From Blastocladiella emersonii ATCC 22665 (Eukaryota; Fungi; Blastocladiomycota): a DNA stretch of 64,000 nucleotides. Under the pieces are notes generated by a model, which saw nothing but the letters and a program-made list of their open reading frames with translations, did not search any database and was not told the DNA's origin. Below, piece by piece: positions 12,306 through 23,350 of this stretch. The number at the start of each line of letters is the position of its first letter. The stretch's first letter is position 1. Position numbers and translations under genes: made by a program. The stretch spans positions 4,526,001 through 4,590,000 of the forward strand of contig JANHCV010000001.1 of assembly GCA_025594325.1 (NCBI GenBank), given 5' to 3'.

Positions 12306-13369
12306 ATGAATGCCCTCGCGAACGCCTCCACGCCGTTGCGGCCAACTGCCACCGACGGAAACGCGGCGGAGTCGACGGCGATTGCGCCGCTTGGTAGCGT
12401 TTGCACCTGCTGTCGTTCTCTTTGGAGAGGAAGCTGACCGTAAGATGTGAACCATGAAGAGCGGTCCTGGTTCCACGGCAGCCGCGACATGCTGACCGAG
12501 TTCGGCCTCGGCCCCGTCTACGACGAGTTCTTCCGGCCTTACATGAAGCCGGCCGGGAGCTCTATCCACGTCGCACCGCCACAAATGGACACGTCGTGCG
12601 ACGGCCTGCTCGACTTCATGGAGAGTGCGTGTTACTCGCACTCAAATGTCGCGCGTGAGCCGGCGTCACTGACCTTGCGTTGCAGTCAAACCGGCTCGCG
12701 AGACTCTGACCAATGCGCAGGGCCTCATCCAGCTCATGATCCCCGACTTGAACCGTTCCACGCCAAAGGGGTACAACGTGACCGAGGAGTCGGAAACGAT
12801 GACGGCGTCGGCGCTGCCCGTAGACTCGGACCAGCCGAGCGGGAGCGTCGCGTCGGGCGCCACCATGAAGACAACCGTGCCCTCGGCCATGAGCCACCTC
12901 AATATTGCCAACCTGACGTACCGCGAGCTCGGCGCTATCCAGCCCATCTCGGCCGAGCGGTTCGAGCGCGCGTTCTCGAGTATTCGCCCCGGTCGGCTAT
13001 ACAACGTACGTTCGCTCGCTGTCTCGCACTGGCGGATTCGTGTACTGACGCACGTTCGCTTGAACGTCCGGATCCAGTTCAGCGAAAAGGACGAGCTCGC
13101 CGTCGGCTACAAGCCCGCGCCCGCACCACCAGTGGAGCCGGTTGACCACGACGCGCTCCCGCTCGACTTCCTCGACGTCGGAGTGCACGAACCCGACCCG
13201 TCCGAGCTCGACAGCGGCGCTGGTCTCAACTACGCGCGCAAGCGCAGCCCGGATGCGGTACGTCTGCGTCGCGATCGTTGCCCTCGGGCCATCTACTGAC
13301 CTACTCCTTCGCGACTAGGATGAGCCCACGAGCAACAAACGTTTCCGCGGACTCGGGAGCGGCTATTGA
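12306..13369 (+). CDS. Hypothetical nuclear protein, possibly Mediator Med19/Rox3-like
   Basis: ATG 12306. Intron 12394-12444 restores the frame into WFHGSRDMLTEFGLGPVYDEFFRPY, reminiscent of the Med19 N-terminal block. Further introns near 12625-12685 and 13258-13318; the basic C-terminus ..SNKRFRGLGSGY* ends at 13369. Family call weak. Confidence 0.45.
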
Positions 13370-13555
13370 TGGAATACATGTCGTACTTCTTGCTCATCCC
13401 AATCGGCACGAGTGGATGCGAAAGCTGCGCGGACTGGACCACCGACGCCAGCTACCGTGCCCAGGGCAGGTCGGGCAGCTCATCACTTGCCCGCGAGCTG
13501 TTGCGTGCGAACACTCGTCCCACCCCGACTCTCACGGGCGTAAACATGATGGAGT

Positions 13556-14502
13556 AGAAAAACTTGTTCGAGACGTCTTATTTTGATGGAAAACAACAAC
13601 CACTGTGCACGCGCTCTTGCTGAGAAGCTTACAGGCCGAGGAGGGCGCCGAGACCGCCGAGCGCACCACCGGCACGCTTGGGCGCGGGCGCCGCGGCACC
13701 AGCAGCCGGAGCAGCACCGCCCGCACCAGCAACGGAGCCGCCCGACGCGAGCGCGGCCGCGGCCACCTGCGGCGACGCCTGCTCGACGGGGACACACCCG
13801 CCAAACGGCCCCGCCACGGCGTTGTTGCGGCACCGCACCATGCACATGTTGCCGCTGGCGCCGCCCGTACACTGCATGTTGGCCGGCATCATCACCACCA
13901 GGTCGTGCGGCGACTTGTTGCCGAGCGGGTTCGTGCCCAGCACGCCCGCCACGTTCTGCGCCACCTGCACCTGCTGGAAGTCGTTGCCCGTGCCGTCCAT
14001 GGAGATGTCGCACGCGAACGGGCCCGCGCCGTCGGCGTTCACCTGGTGCAGCGTCAGCTTGAGCGGCATGTTGGGCGCCACCTGCGGCAGACCGCCCATC
14101 TCCTGCGCGATCTTGGCCACGCCCGCCATGTCGTTGTTGCCGCCCGCGATCGTGCGCCCGCACGGACCCGACCGGCCCGACCGGATCTCGCCGTCGCGGA
14201 TGATGGACGTGTCCGTCTGGAACGGGTTGCGGCCCGTGCCCGTGCGCGGCACGCTCTCGAGCACGCCGAGCGCCTTGCCCTGCGGGCCCGCGATGCCCTG
14301 CGCGCCAACGATGGCGCCGTGCGCGTTGACCGAGGTGGCCGCAGTGGCGAGGAGCGCGAGGAGGACGGTGGTGGCGGTGAACTTCATCTTGATGTGTAGG
14401 GTGATGTGGGGGAGGTAGCGACCAGCGCTCGTTCTTGGGATTGGGATTGGTTGGTGAGGAAAGACCTGCTTCTGTCGAACAAGTCGAGAGGATGGCGGGG
14501 GC
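13556..14502 (-). repeat. Inverted repeat arm 1 (partner 33782-34728): duplicated Egh16-like transcription unit
   Basis: Colinear without indels (position sum 48284). Translations of the two arms are identical in several reading frames. The first mismatches seen are in the 3' UTR (13611, 13607, 13565). Confidence 0.92.
13629..14387 (-). CDS. Secreted Egh16-like/GAS1-like (DUF3129) protein, copy A, intronless
   Basis: Signal peptide MKFTATTVLLALLATAATSVNA then His-Gly. PFQTDTSII, CGRT, LHQVNADGAGPFAC, CTGG..CMVRCRN..GPFGGC are family motifs. Confidence 0.9.
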   Translation of the reverse strand: MKFTATTVLLALLATAATSVNAHGAIVGAQGIAGPQGKALGVLESVPRTGTGRNPFQTDTSIIRDGEIRSGRSGPCGRTIAGGNNDMAGVAKIAQEMGGLPQVAPNMPLKLTLHQVNADGAGPFACDISMDGTGNDFQQVQVAQNVAGVLGTNPLGNKSPHDLVVMMPANMQCTGGASGNMCMVRCRNNAVAGPFGGCVPVEQASPQVAAAALASGGSVAGAGGAAPAAGAAAPAPKRAGGALGGLGALLGL

Positions 14503-14511
14503 AGCCGAGGG

Positions 14512-14518
14512 ATTTATA
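14512..14518 (-). promoter_or_regulatory. TATA box (TATAAAT) of Egh16-like copy A
   Basis: TATAAAT in a very GC-rich context, at exactly the same distance from the ATG as in copy B. Confidence 0.7.
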
Positions 14519-14914
14519 CCGGGGCACGTCGCAACCGCGGGGCCCAGGCCGCGCTGGGCCCGGCCAAGCGAAGGAACTGCGTGATGCATGCTTGCACGCG
14601 GAGACAATCAAGCTGCGCGCCGCAGCGTTGTACCAAGCCGCGCCGTTCACTTCCAGCCTCGCCGTTGCTCGATGGTGGCGCAGCAGGGCCATCGGCGGAC
14701 GCGGACGCGTGGCTGACGCGTTCGCGCGGTTGCATCACAGTCACGCGAGCAACGCGTGCGCTGCAGATCCGTGGCGCAAGCTTTTGGCTTGCCCTTCGCG
14801 TCCGCGCCGTCGCCGCTCCCTCACCGAATGGATCTGGATGTAACCTGGCTCCACACTTGATGCATCTTCGTTGACGGGCCGCCACACTGCTCTCCATCTC
14901 GGCCGATTTGCACT

Positions 14915-16299
14915 ATGCTCCGCTCTCAACGCCCGCTGCTCCGTGGATCTGCCCGGCTGGCGCAACGCCTCGCAGTACCGGCTGCCGCACGGTTAGAGTC
15001 TCGCCGGTCAAACTCGTCGCAGGTCTCCCGCGTCGGCCCGCTCGGCTCGACGCTGACGGGCGGCCGGAAATCGCGGGGCACCCGCGATGATGCGCCCGCC
15101 ACCGCCTCGTCGCCAGGACTTGCGGCGGCTGCATCAGCGAGCTCGTTTGGCAAGTACGACCTGATCACCCCGCGCTTCCTCCGGCGAACCATGATCGAGG
15201 GCAAGGAGAACCGCACCACGACGATCCGCATGCCGCCAAAGGAGCTGTGTCCGCCATGGGCATTTGACCCGGACTGGAAGGGCAACCTGTCGTTTGGCCG
15301 CGACGCACCGGATATCCTGTCGAATCCCGACGACCGGGACCTGCTGCGTGCATCGGGCCGTCTCGCCAAGGCGATCTTGAACTATGCCGGCACGCTTGTG
15401 CGGGTACGGCCTCACTCGGCACCATGACTCCATTCGCCGCCCATCTCACTTATCGCCGTCCACTACGTAGGAGGGCGTCACGACGCTCGAGATCAACGAC
15501 AAGGTCCACTCGGAGATCGTCCGCCGCGGCGCCTACCCTTCGCCGCTCAACTACCAGGGCTTCCCCAAGTCGATTTGCACCAGCATCAACAACGTCATGG
15601 CCCACGGTATCCCCGACTCGTGCGTTTCTCATGTTCTGGCTCACCACCGCGGCATCCTCCCGCTCACACACACCGTCGTATAGCCGACCGCTCAAATCCG
15701 GCGACATCACCAACATCGACATAACCGTCTTCCGCTCCGGCTTCCACGGCGACTGCTCCGCGACCTTTGCCGTCGGCGACGTCGACGAGCTCGGCCGTAC
15801 GCTCATGGCCTCGACCCGCGAGGCGCTCGACGCCGCCATCGCCGCGTGCTACCCGGGCGCTCCGCTGGGTGTCATCGCCGACGCCGTGGGCCTAGTCGCC
15901 GCTCGCGCCGGACTCCAGGTGTCGCCCGACATGTGCGGCCACGGCATCGGGCGGTCGTTCCACTCGGCGCCCATCATCCACCACGTGCGGCCTCCGCCGC
16001 GCCCGTTCAACTCGCGGCGCGCAAAGTCGGGCAGCCGCGGGGCGCCCGCGACGCACATGCTGCCCGGCATGGCGTTCACCATCGAGCCGATCCTGTGCCA
16101 CGGGTCGCCCGACTTCATCTTGTGGCCGTCCGACAACTGGACCGCGGTGACGCGCGACGGCAGCCGGTCGGCGCAATACGAGGAGACGTTGCTGGTCACT
16201 GAGGACGGCGTCGAGATCGTCACGGTCGACGAGTCGGGCGTCGACCCGCGCTCGACTGCGTCGGTGCCCTCCGCGCCAACGGCGGTCGGGCGCCGGTAG
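14915..16299 (+). CDS. METAP1D: Type I methionine aminopeptidase, organellar type (N-terminal transit-like peptide, no zinc finger)
   Basis: [72 protein letters not shown] (metal ligands D, D, H, E, E). Arg/Ala/Leu-rich N-terminus; several introns. Confidence 0.9.
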
Positions 16300-16384
16300 T
16301 CGCGGGTGAGTATCAGTTTTGTGTGCACGACTATATATATCCCAGAATCATCGGTTTGTACAGTTCCCACTCGCCGCATCCGCT

Positions 16385-17607
16385 TCACATCTTGCTGGGC
16401 CGCTTGTTCGACGCGCCCGCGCCCACCCCCGCACCGCCCGCACCCGTCATGGGGATCATGGCCGCCGTCGACTCGCTGGCGACGCGCGCCGACGTGCCCG
16501 GCCGCGACGCGGTCCCGCCCTTGTCGCTGCTGGCGAGCGTCCCGAACCACCGGCCGATGGTGCGGTTGAAGGTGCCCATGACCGAGCTCGGCTGCGTCGC
16601 CTCGCCGCCGTCGGGCCCGAGGGACACGCGCGAGAGCGTGAGCGAGTTGCGGCTTTGGCTCGCGCTGTTCCCGCCGCCGCCCGTGCTGTTCGCGGGCCCG
16701 CTGCCCGTCGACCGACCCGTCGGTGCGCGGGCACGAAGGATGACGCGGGTCTGTGGGACTGTGAACTGGAAGAAGACGAACAGCTCGACGGCGGGCGCGA
16801 AGCGACAAAGCGTGATGGTCAAGAACATGGCCACGCTCCACGCGTCGCGGTCGTCGACGAGTTTCTGCGACGCGATCATGGCCGCCATGTACGCGAGGTC
16901 GACGATGAAGCTCGGCAGGTACGGGAGGCCGATCTCGCGCCTACGGAGCGGGGTTCGTCAGCGCATGAGCATGAGGATCACGACAGCGAAACGTGCGCTG
17001 AGAGCCGCGTCGACTCGCCGTTACTCGACTCGGCGCTCTTGACGAGGACCAGGTAGAAGCAGTAGTCGGCGCCGAGGTTGATGAGCTGCACGACCATGAA
17101 GATGGCGAACGTCGTAATGCTTTCGGTCTTGCGGGACGCCGTCGTCGCCGCCGTTGTTGGTGTGCCGTAGTTGTCGAGCTCCATGGTGCGTGTCATGACA
17201 GTCACCGCGAGCGACGCAATGAGCATAATGACCGTGCCAAAGATCACGCTGACAATCGGCTTCTTGAACTTGCCCGGCGCGATGAGCCGGAGCCGGTACA
17301 GCCGCAGCGCCGTCATGCCCGCGATCCCGCACCGCACGGTGATGTCGCCGATCATGGTCTGCAGCGGCGTCCACTTGATGTTTCGCTGGTCGTCGAGGAA
17401 GGTCGAGACGTAGGTGATCTCGAGGAGGCACGTCACGATAAGCAGGGCGTTGGTGAGGCCCGACGCGGCCCAGAAGACGACGCTTTTGCTCGACCGCGCA
17501 TTGCGCAGCGACGTGACGAGCGAGTAGCCGAGCAGACACACGGCTATCGGGTGCAGGACGAGCCCGACTATCTTAGAGTTGCGTAGCACCGCGCTTGTTG
17601 ATGACAT
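16385..17607 (-). CDS. Orphan polytopic membrane protein, about 7 TM segments, Ser/Gly-rich C-tail (GPCR-like architecture)
   Basis: ORF 16978..17802 (from ATG 17607) gives five hydrophobic segments. After an intron ending at the TAG acceptor 16941-16943, ORF 16385..16888 adds two more plus a polar tail. Exact donor uncertain. Confidence 0.7.
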
Positions 17608-17825
17608 GGCGGGTGGTGGTGGTCTTTCGATTTCAAGGTTGCATGGACTCCGATTCAACGAGAGGGGAGAGAGATCCGAGGGCAGGGGCGGCGGCACCTC
17701 GAATCGATCATACGGGGAAAGTGCGCTATGATTACTCGGGACATGGGCGGGCAGGTGGGCGAGAGTGTCTCCCGCGCGTGAGAGGGACGCGTCGCGTTTC
17801 ACGTCGCGCCGGCGGGCTGCGCCAC

Positions 17826-19385
17826 TCAGTTCACCTTGACGCGGAGCGACTGATCACGAGAAAGATGCTCCGGGTCAGCTATCGAGTTGGACTAGCGGGT
17901 TGTGAGGGAAGCGTACCGTAGAGCAGACCGGGCAGGTGCCGTGAACGTGGTTGAAGACGGTCGTGCTGCCGGCACGGCGAAGCGTCTACACGCGGACGTG
18001 AGGTGTTAGTACCGTGGTCGTGAACGCTCCGCAAGACCTATTCCATACGCTAAGAAGACAATCCGTGTGGAACTGCTCGCCGCACGTGCACTGGACGCCG
18101 AGCGGCTCCTCCTCCTCGCCCTCGAAGCAGATAGCGCACGCGACCTCGGCCGCCGCGACGCCGTGCTCGGCGGGACTGGGAAGCGCGATGTCGAGGACGC
18201 GCGCGACATTCTCGGAAATCGGCTGAGCCACGTCCCACCCGGTCTGCGACGTGGTCCGCCAGACCTCCATGTACTTGGCGACGAGCGCCTGCGTCCCCGT
18301 GAAGCGGGCGTGGCGGGGCCGCGCGCGCGGGGAGGCCGGGTCGACGGCGAGCTCGAGGTACGTGTAGCTGCCGAGGTCCAGCGTGCGCCACGGGTGCGCG
18401 AGCGGGGCTGCTGCGGCGGCGGCGTCGAGGGCGCGCAGCCGCGCGGACTTGGCGAGCGTCTCGAGCTCGGACCAGTACTCGAGGTAGTCGCACAGGAGCT
18501 ACACGTACGCAATGCTCGTCAGCCTCGGCCGCAACATCCAACCCGCCTCGATACGAACCGTGCTGAGCTGCGGGACCACTCCCGCAAACCGCTCGGCTCG
18601 GTTCCACCGGACCTGGAGCAGCGTCGGCTCAGGCGCCGGCTTCGCGGCGTCCATGCCGTCCTGCCCCGTCAGCGCGGCGAGCGCGGCCTTGGACGAGACC
18701 TCGTGCGAGATGAACTCGGGCGCGACGGCGGGGTACTGCGGCGATACCCGGACATGTACGACGGCGACGCGAGAGTGCGACTCTTTTGACACGGTGATGC
18801 GAAGCGTGAACCGCGTCAGCGAGCTGTCAACCGTCCCGAGCAGGTCGGCGACGCTGTCGAGGTCCTCGGCGAGCTCTGCGAGTGCGGCCGAATGTTGGCC
18901 TTGCACTGCCGTCTCGGGCGCTCGCGAAACGTGTTCAGTCTACCCGAGAGCGCTCAGTTAGGATGATGAGCGGCGACTGCACACAGCAAGACGTACGAGA
19001 GCGTGGTGCAGCTCGAGAAAGAAGTCGTTCAAATGGCACAGGACCGGCAACCTCTACGCGGTCCGAGCAACGACGATGAGCTCGCGCGGGCGCAACCGTC
19101 GCATCGCAACGTACGCTGCTCAAGATGGCGAGCGCCGGCGCGACGAGCTTCTCGCCGTCAGCCCCGGCCTCCGTGTAGATCTCGGTTGCCGTGAGCGGGG
19201 CGCCAGCGCGCCATCCTGTCGGCAGCCGGATGACGAGCGGGATGTCGTGTCCCTGCGACCAGACCGATCAGCGTCGCGTCCTCTCTCACTCCATCGTGTC
19301 CCTCAACTTCGCGGCCTACCTGAGTTAGGACGAGGCCCGCGAACGTGGTTTCATTGGTTTGCGTCAAGTGCGGAAAGTGTTCCAT
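17826..19385 (-). CDS. FANCL: E3 ubiquitin ligase FANCL homologue (ELF, double-RWD and RING domains)
   Basis: Exon 1 MEHFPHLTQTNETTFAGLVLTQ|GHDIPLVIRLP. RWD-like HVRVSPQYPAVAP. YWSELETL..RTLDLGSYTYLELAVDPASP..WDVAQPISENVARVLDIALP. RING CAIC..CTC..FHTDC..VFNHVHGTCPVC, which parallels the human SFNIIFGECPYC. Confidence 0.85.
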
Positions 19386-19642
19386 GAGCTGCGTTGCGAT
19401 GGTCGGAGAGAGCGGGCGTCGCAGTGCGATGATCGTCGTGATGGCCACCGAGACAGCGCGGCGAGGGTCGAGACAAGCGAGTGGTATATCGGCACATATA
19501 TTACAATTGTTGCGTGGCCCGCGCGCTGGTGATGGAGAAGGAGGTTGCCGCGTCGGCGGGCCAGCGTGCAGTACATCAAAGAGGGGGTAAGGTAAGATCA
19601 GGACACAAGAGTAGGAGAGCGTAGCGAGCGAGCGACCCGCGC

Positions 19643-22600
19643 TCAGTACGCGAGGTTGAGCTTGCTCATGATGCGCTTCCCGTACGGAGTGTTTCTGATG
19701 AGCGGGATGAGCGGGGCGAGGTGCTCCATGAGCAGCGCGCGCTGGTCGCCCGACGTGTAGTCGATGGACGTCTGGACGACAAAGTTGCCGAACGCGTCGC
19801 GCAGCAGCTTGGCGAGCACGTCCTGGTGGTAGATCTCCGAGATGAGCGCCTGGCGGAGGTCGGGCGACGCGACGCGGATGCACTTCTCCATGACGTTGCT
19901 GGCAAACTTCTGCATGGACAGCAGCGCGACGTGGCCGCGCATGCGCGCCGCGATCCCGTCGACGAAGGTGGTCTCGCCCATGTCGAGCACGTACTGCACC
20001 ACGTAGTTGCCGAACGGGTCCTTGACGAGCAGCAGCGAGTGGCCCGTGATCTCGGCCGCGAGCCGCCGCCGCTGGTCGTTGGACGCGTAGTCGAGGCACC
20101 GCTGGATCACGCAGCACCCGTGCCGGTGCGTCGACACCTCAACGCACTGGTGCGTGACCGCGTCGTAGATGAACTGCGCGTCGGGCGGCGCGAGCCGCAC
20201 CAGGCACTTCTGGATGACGTGGTTGCCGTTGAGGTCCTTGATGAGCGTCACCGTGTGCCGCGTGAGCGCGCGCACGAGCAGCGCCGCCTGGTCGGCGGTC
20301 CCAATGTGCTCGACGAGCTTCTGCACCGCGCGCGTGCCGTGCATGTTGAGCGAGACCGAGGGGAGGTGCGGGCCGACGTGCTCGAGGATCGCCACCTTCT
20401 GGTCGTCGTTGACGTGGTCGAGCAGCTTCTGGCAGAGGTAGTTGCCGAACGGGTCCGTCATGAGGTCCGCGAACCGCTCGAGGATCTCGTCGAGGATCGC
20501 CGTCGCTGCCGATGGGCCGCCCTCCTCGAGCTTGCGCTGCAGGAACCGGCACCCGTGCTGGTCCTTGGCGAGCACCGGGAACTGGCCGCGTACCGCGTCG
20601 AGGTCGAGCCCGGCAAACCGCGCCTCCATGTCGGCCTTGGCCGTCGGCACGATCCCGCCGCTGCTGCCGCCACCACTACCGCCGTGCCGGCCGTGCTTGA
20701 GCCCGGGCACGGTGCCGCCCATGGCGCCCGAGTAGTCGGGGAACCCGGAGTTTACCGCCGCCGCGGCAGCCGCAGCCGCCGACTGCAGGCCAGCGGCGAG
20801 ACCGCCGTAGCCGTCGCTCGGTGGACCCGCGAGCCCGAGCCCGTGGCCGGCCATGCCGCCGTACGCCGGCGGCTGCTGCTGACGCATGGCGACGCCCTGC
20901 GCGGCGTAGTGCTGCTGCTGGACGTGGGCGTGCGGGCGCGGAAGCTGCTGCGACTGCTGCTGCTGGTACTGCGCGCGCGACGACTGCGGGGACGTGCGGA
21001 GCCCATGGCCGTGGCCGTGGCCGAGGTACCCGCCGCTGCCGCCCATGGCGAGCATGCCCGGGTCGCCCGGCGGGAGGCCGCGTGCCGAGACGTGCATCGA
21101 CGCCTGCTGGTACTGCGGCGACCACGAGGGTCCCGACGGGTGCGACTCGGGCGAGAACTGCTGCTGCTGCTGCTGCGAGTACGAGTGCTCGAGCGGGCCG
21201 AACCGGCCCGGCTGCACATGCGCGGGCCCGTTGGGCGGGGTCGCCGCGACGCGCTGCTGCTGCTGTGAGTAGCGGACCCCGAACGAGGGCCCCATCGCGT
21301 TGGACGGCGACGGCGGCGAGAGGTGCGCGTACGGGTGGTGCGGCGAGGTGCTGCTCGAGACCATGGTGGCGGCGTGTGGGCTCAGCGGGTGCCGCGACGA
21401 GCCGCCGCTGCTGCTGCTCTGCGACCCGCGGCGGTGCGCGAGCGAAGCGTAGTGGGCCTTGGGCGACGGGTCCGCCGCGTATGCGACCGCGCTAGCGCCC
21501 GCGCCGGCGCGCAAGTTCGGGTCCGAGTGCGCAAACATGCACGAGTCGCCGCGCGCGCAGTAGCCCTCGAGGATGTAGCGGCACACGCGGTCCGACTTAG
21601 CGGCGGCGACGGGCGCGCCCTGGTACGCGGTAGCCGCGTCGCCGTAGCCACCGCCGCCCGTGGTGTAGTACATGGACGGGTCCTGGCCGTAGTCGGCGCC
21701 GGGGTACTGCGGGTGGTACGCGTCGGGCGAGCCGAGGTTCGACTGCACGCGCTGCTGGTACTCGTCGGGGTGGCCGTAGCCCTGCACGCCCGGCGCGTAG
21801 TAGTCGCGCTGTTGAGGCGGGATCTGGGCCTGCGTCTGCTGCATCGTGTCCATGCGCGTCGAGGTCGGTGACCACGGGTTGATGCTGCCGTTGACCTGGG
21901 CCTGAGCGAGCGAAAAAAACAGTGAGTCGAGCTGCTGGGCGGGGGAGGCAGCGCGTCGCGGAGACGTACCAGCGAGGGCAGACTCGACTGCCGCTGCAGC
22001 GACAGCGGGCGGTCCTGCGGCAGGCCGAGAGTCAGACGCTCCTCGAAGGCGGCCTGGAGCTCAGCTACACCAGCGTTGGGCGCGTGAGCATGATCGCGGG
22101 AGCCGGTGAGCACAGTAACGCGTACCATCCAAGTTGCGCGTCTCGATGTGCAGCGGCTGCGGCGGCGCATGGTGATGGCCGGCGTGCGACACGACGGGCT
22201 GCGAGTTGGCGCGCGACAGGGACGGCGCTAGTGCCGACGAGGTGGGCGCCGAGTCGCCGGCGGCCGCGGTCGGGCTCGAGTCGCGACGCAGTTCGGTGCC
22301 GGCGCTGAAGCGCGAGAAGTCGGGGGAGGTGGGACCAAAGCTAAGCTGCTGCTGTTGCTGAGGAAGAGGTGCAGACGACTCGGAGCGCAGCGAGCGGCGG
22401 TCGGCGTCACTCTCCGTGCGCGAGTTGGCGGACTCGGCCGAGGTCGCCGCCGAGTCGGATTCGGCGGCCTGCTTCGCGTCGTCGGCGACTGCAGGCGAGG
22501 CGCGGCGAGCTAGTGAGCTCGAGTCGCTCTCCTCACTCGCGGTTACCGCTGCTGCCGAGCCGGTCTGAGACTGCGACGACGACGGCTGCTGGTGCTGCTG

Positions 22601-23350
22601 CTGTTCTGCCGGAGCGTCGGCGGTGGCCATCTCGGGCGACTCGTGCGAGGACGCGCTGCCGAGACTGCCGGTGCGCTGGAACGAGCGCAGGGCGCCGAGG
22701 TTGTCTGCGCTCGGCAGGCGCGTGGTCGGCATCGAGATGCTCGCCGGGAGGCCGAGCCCGAACGCCGAAGCCGGGCCGGCGGGCGGCGGCGGCGCGGGGC
22801 CGAGCGGGCCGCGCATCGAGGCAGAGTGGTGCATGGGAGGACCGCCCACGGGCGCGTTGTACATCAAAAAGTGGGGCGGCCCGATGGGCAGGTGGACAGC
22901 AGCTTCGGGCGACGACAGGTACGAGGCGAACGACGACGAGTTGGTCGACGACAGCGCGTGGTGCGGCGAGTCGTAGGGTGCCGAGGGCAGGCCCGCGGGC
23001 GAGAACATGTCGGCGACGGCGTCGCGCGGCTCGGCCGACTGCGCGGCGTGCATCTCGGGCTCGTGTGCGGGCGCGAGCTGCTGCTGCGCCGGCGGGAACA
23101 TGCCACCGGCCTTGCCCATGGCGAGTGGGCCGAACCGGCCGCCGCTGACGCCGTGCATGTCGTGCTGGAAGCGCAGCTGCGGCAGCTCGGACGGCGCGGC
23201 GGCCATGTCGGGCGGATACTGCTGGTGCTGCTGCTGCGGTTGTTGCAGATGAGGATGGTGGTGGTGCGGGTGGTGATGATGTTGCTCGTGGTGCTGCCAC
23301 GGGCGCAGGGGCTCGGACGCGCTGCCGCTCGACTCGGAGCGCAGCATCAT
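19643..23350 (-). CDS. Pumilio/PUF RNA-binding protein of the Puf4/Mpt5 class with a CCCH zinc finger and a long Q/P/S-rich N-terminus
   Basis: Eight PUF repeats with recognition triplets CRQ, NYQ, TRQ, NHQ, CCQ, NYQ, SNE, NFQ. CCCH finger CRYILEGYCARGDSCMFAH at 21527-21583. Upstream ORF 22061..23350 is probably exon 1 (donor GTACGC near 22103); that join is inferred. Confidence 0.9.

Noticed and set aside
13366-13557. 63-aa ORF between the Med19-like gene and Egh16-like copy A
   Set aside because: Short, with no motif, and located in convergent 3' UTR space.
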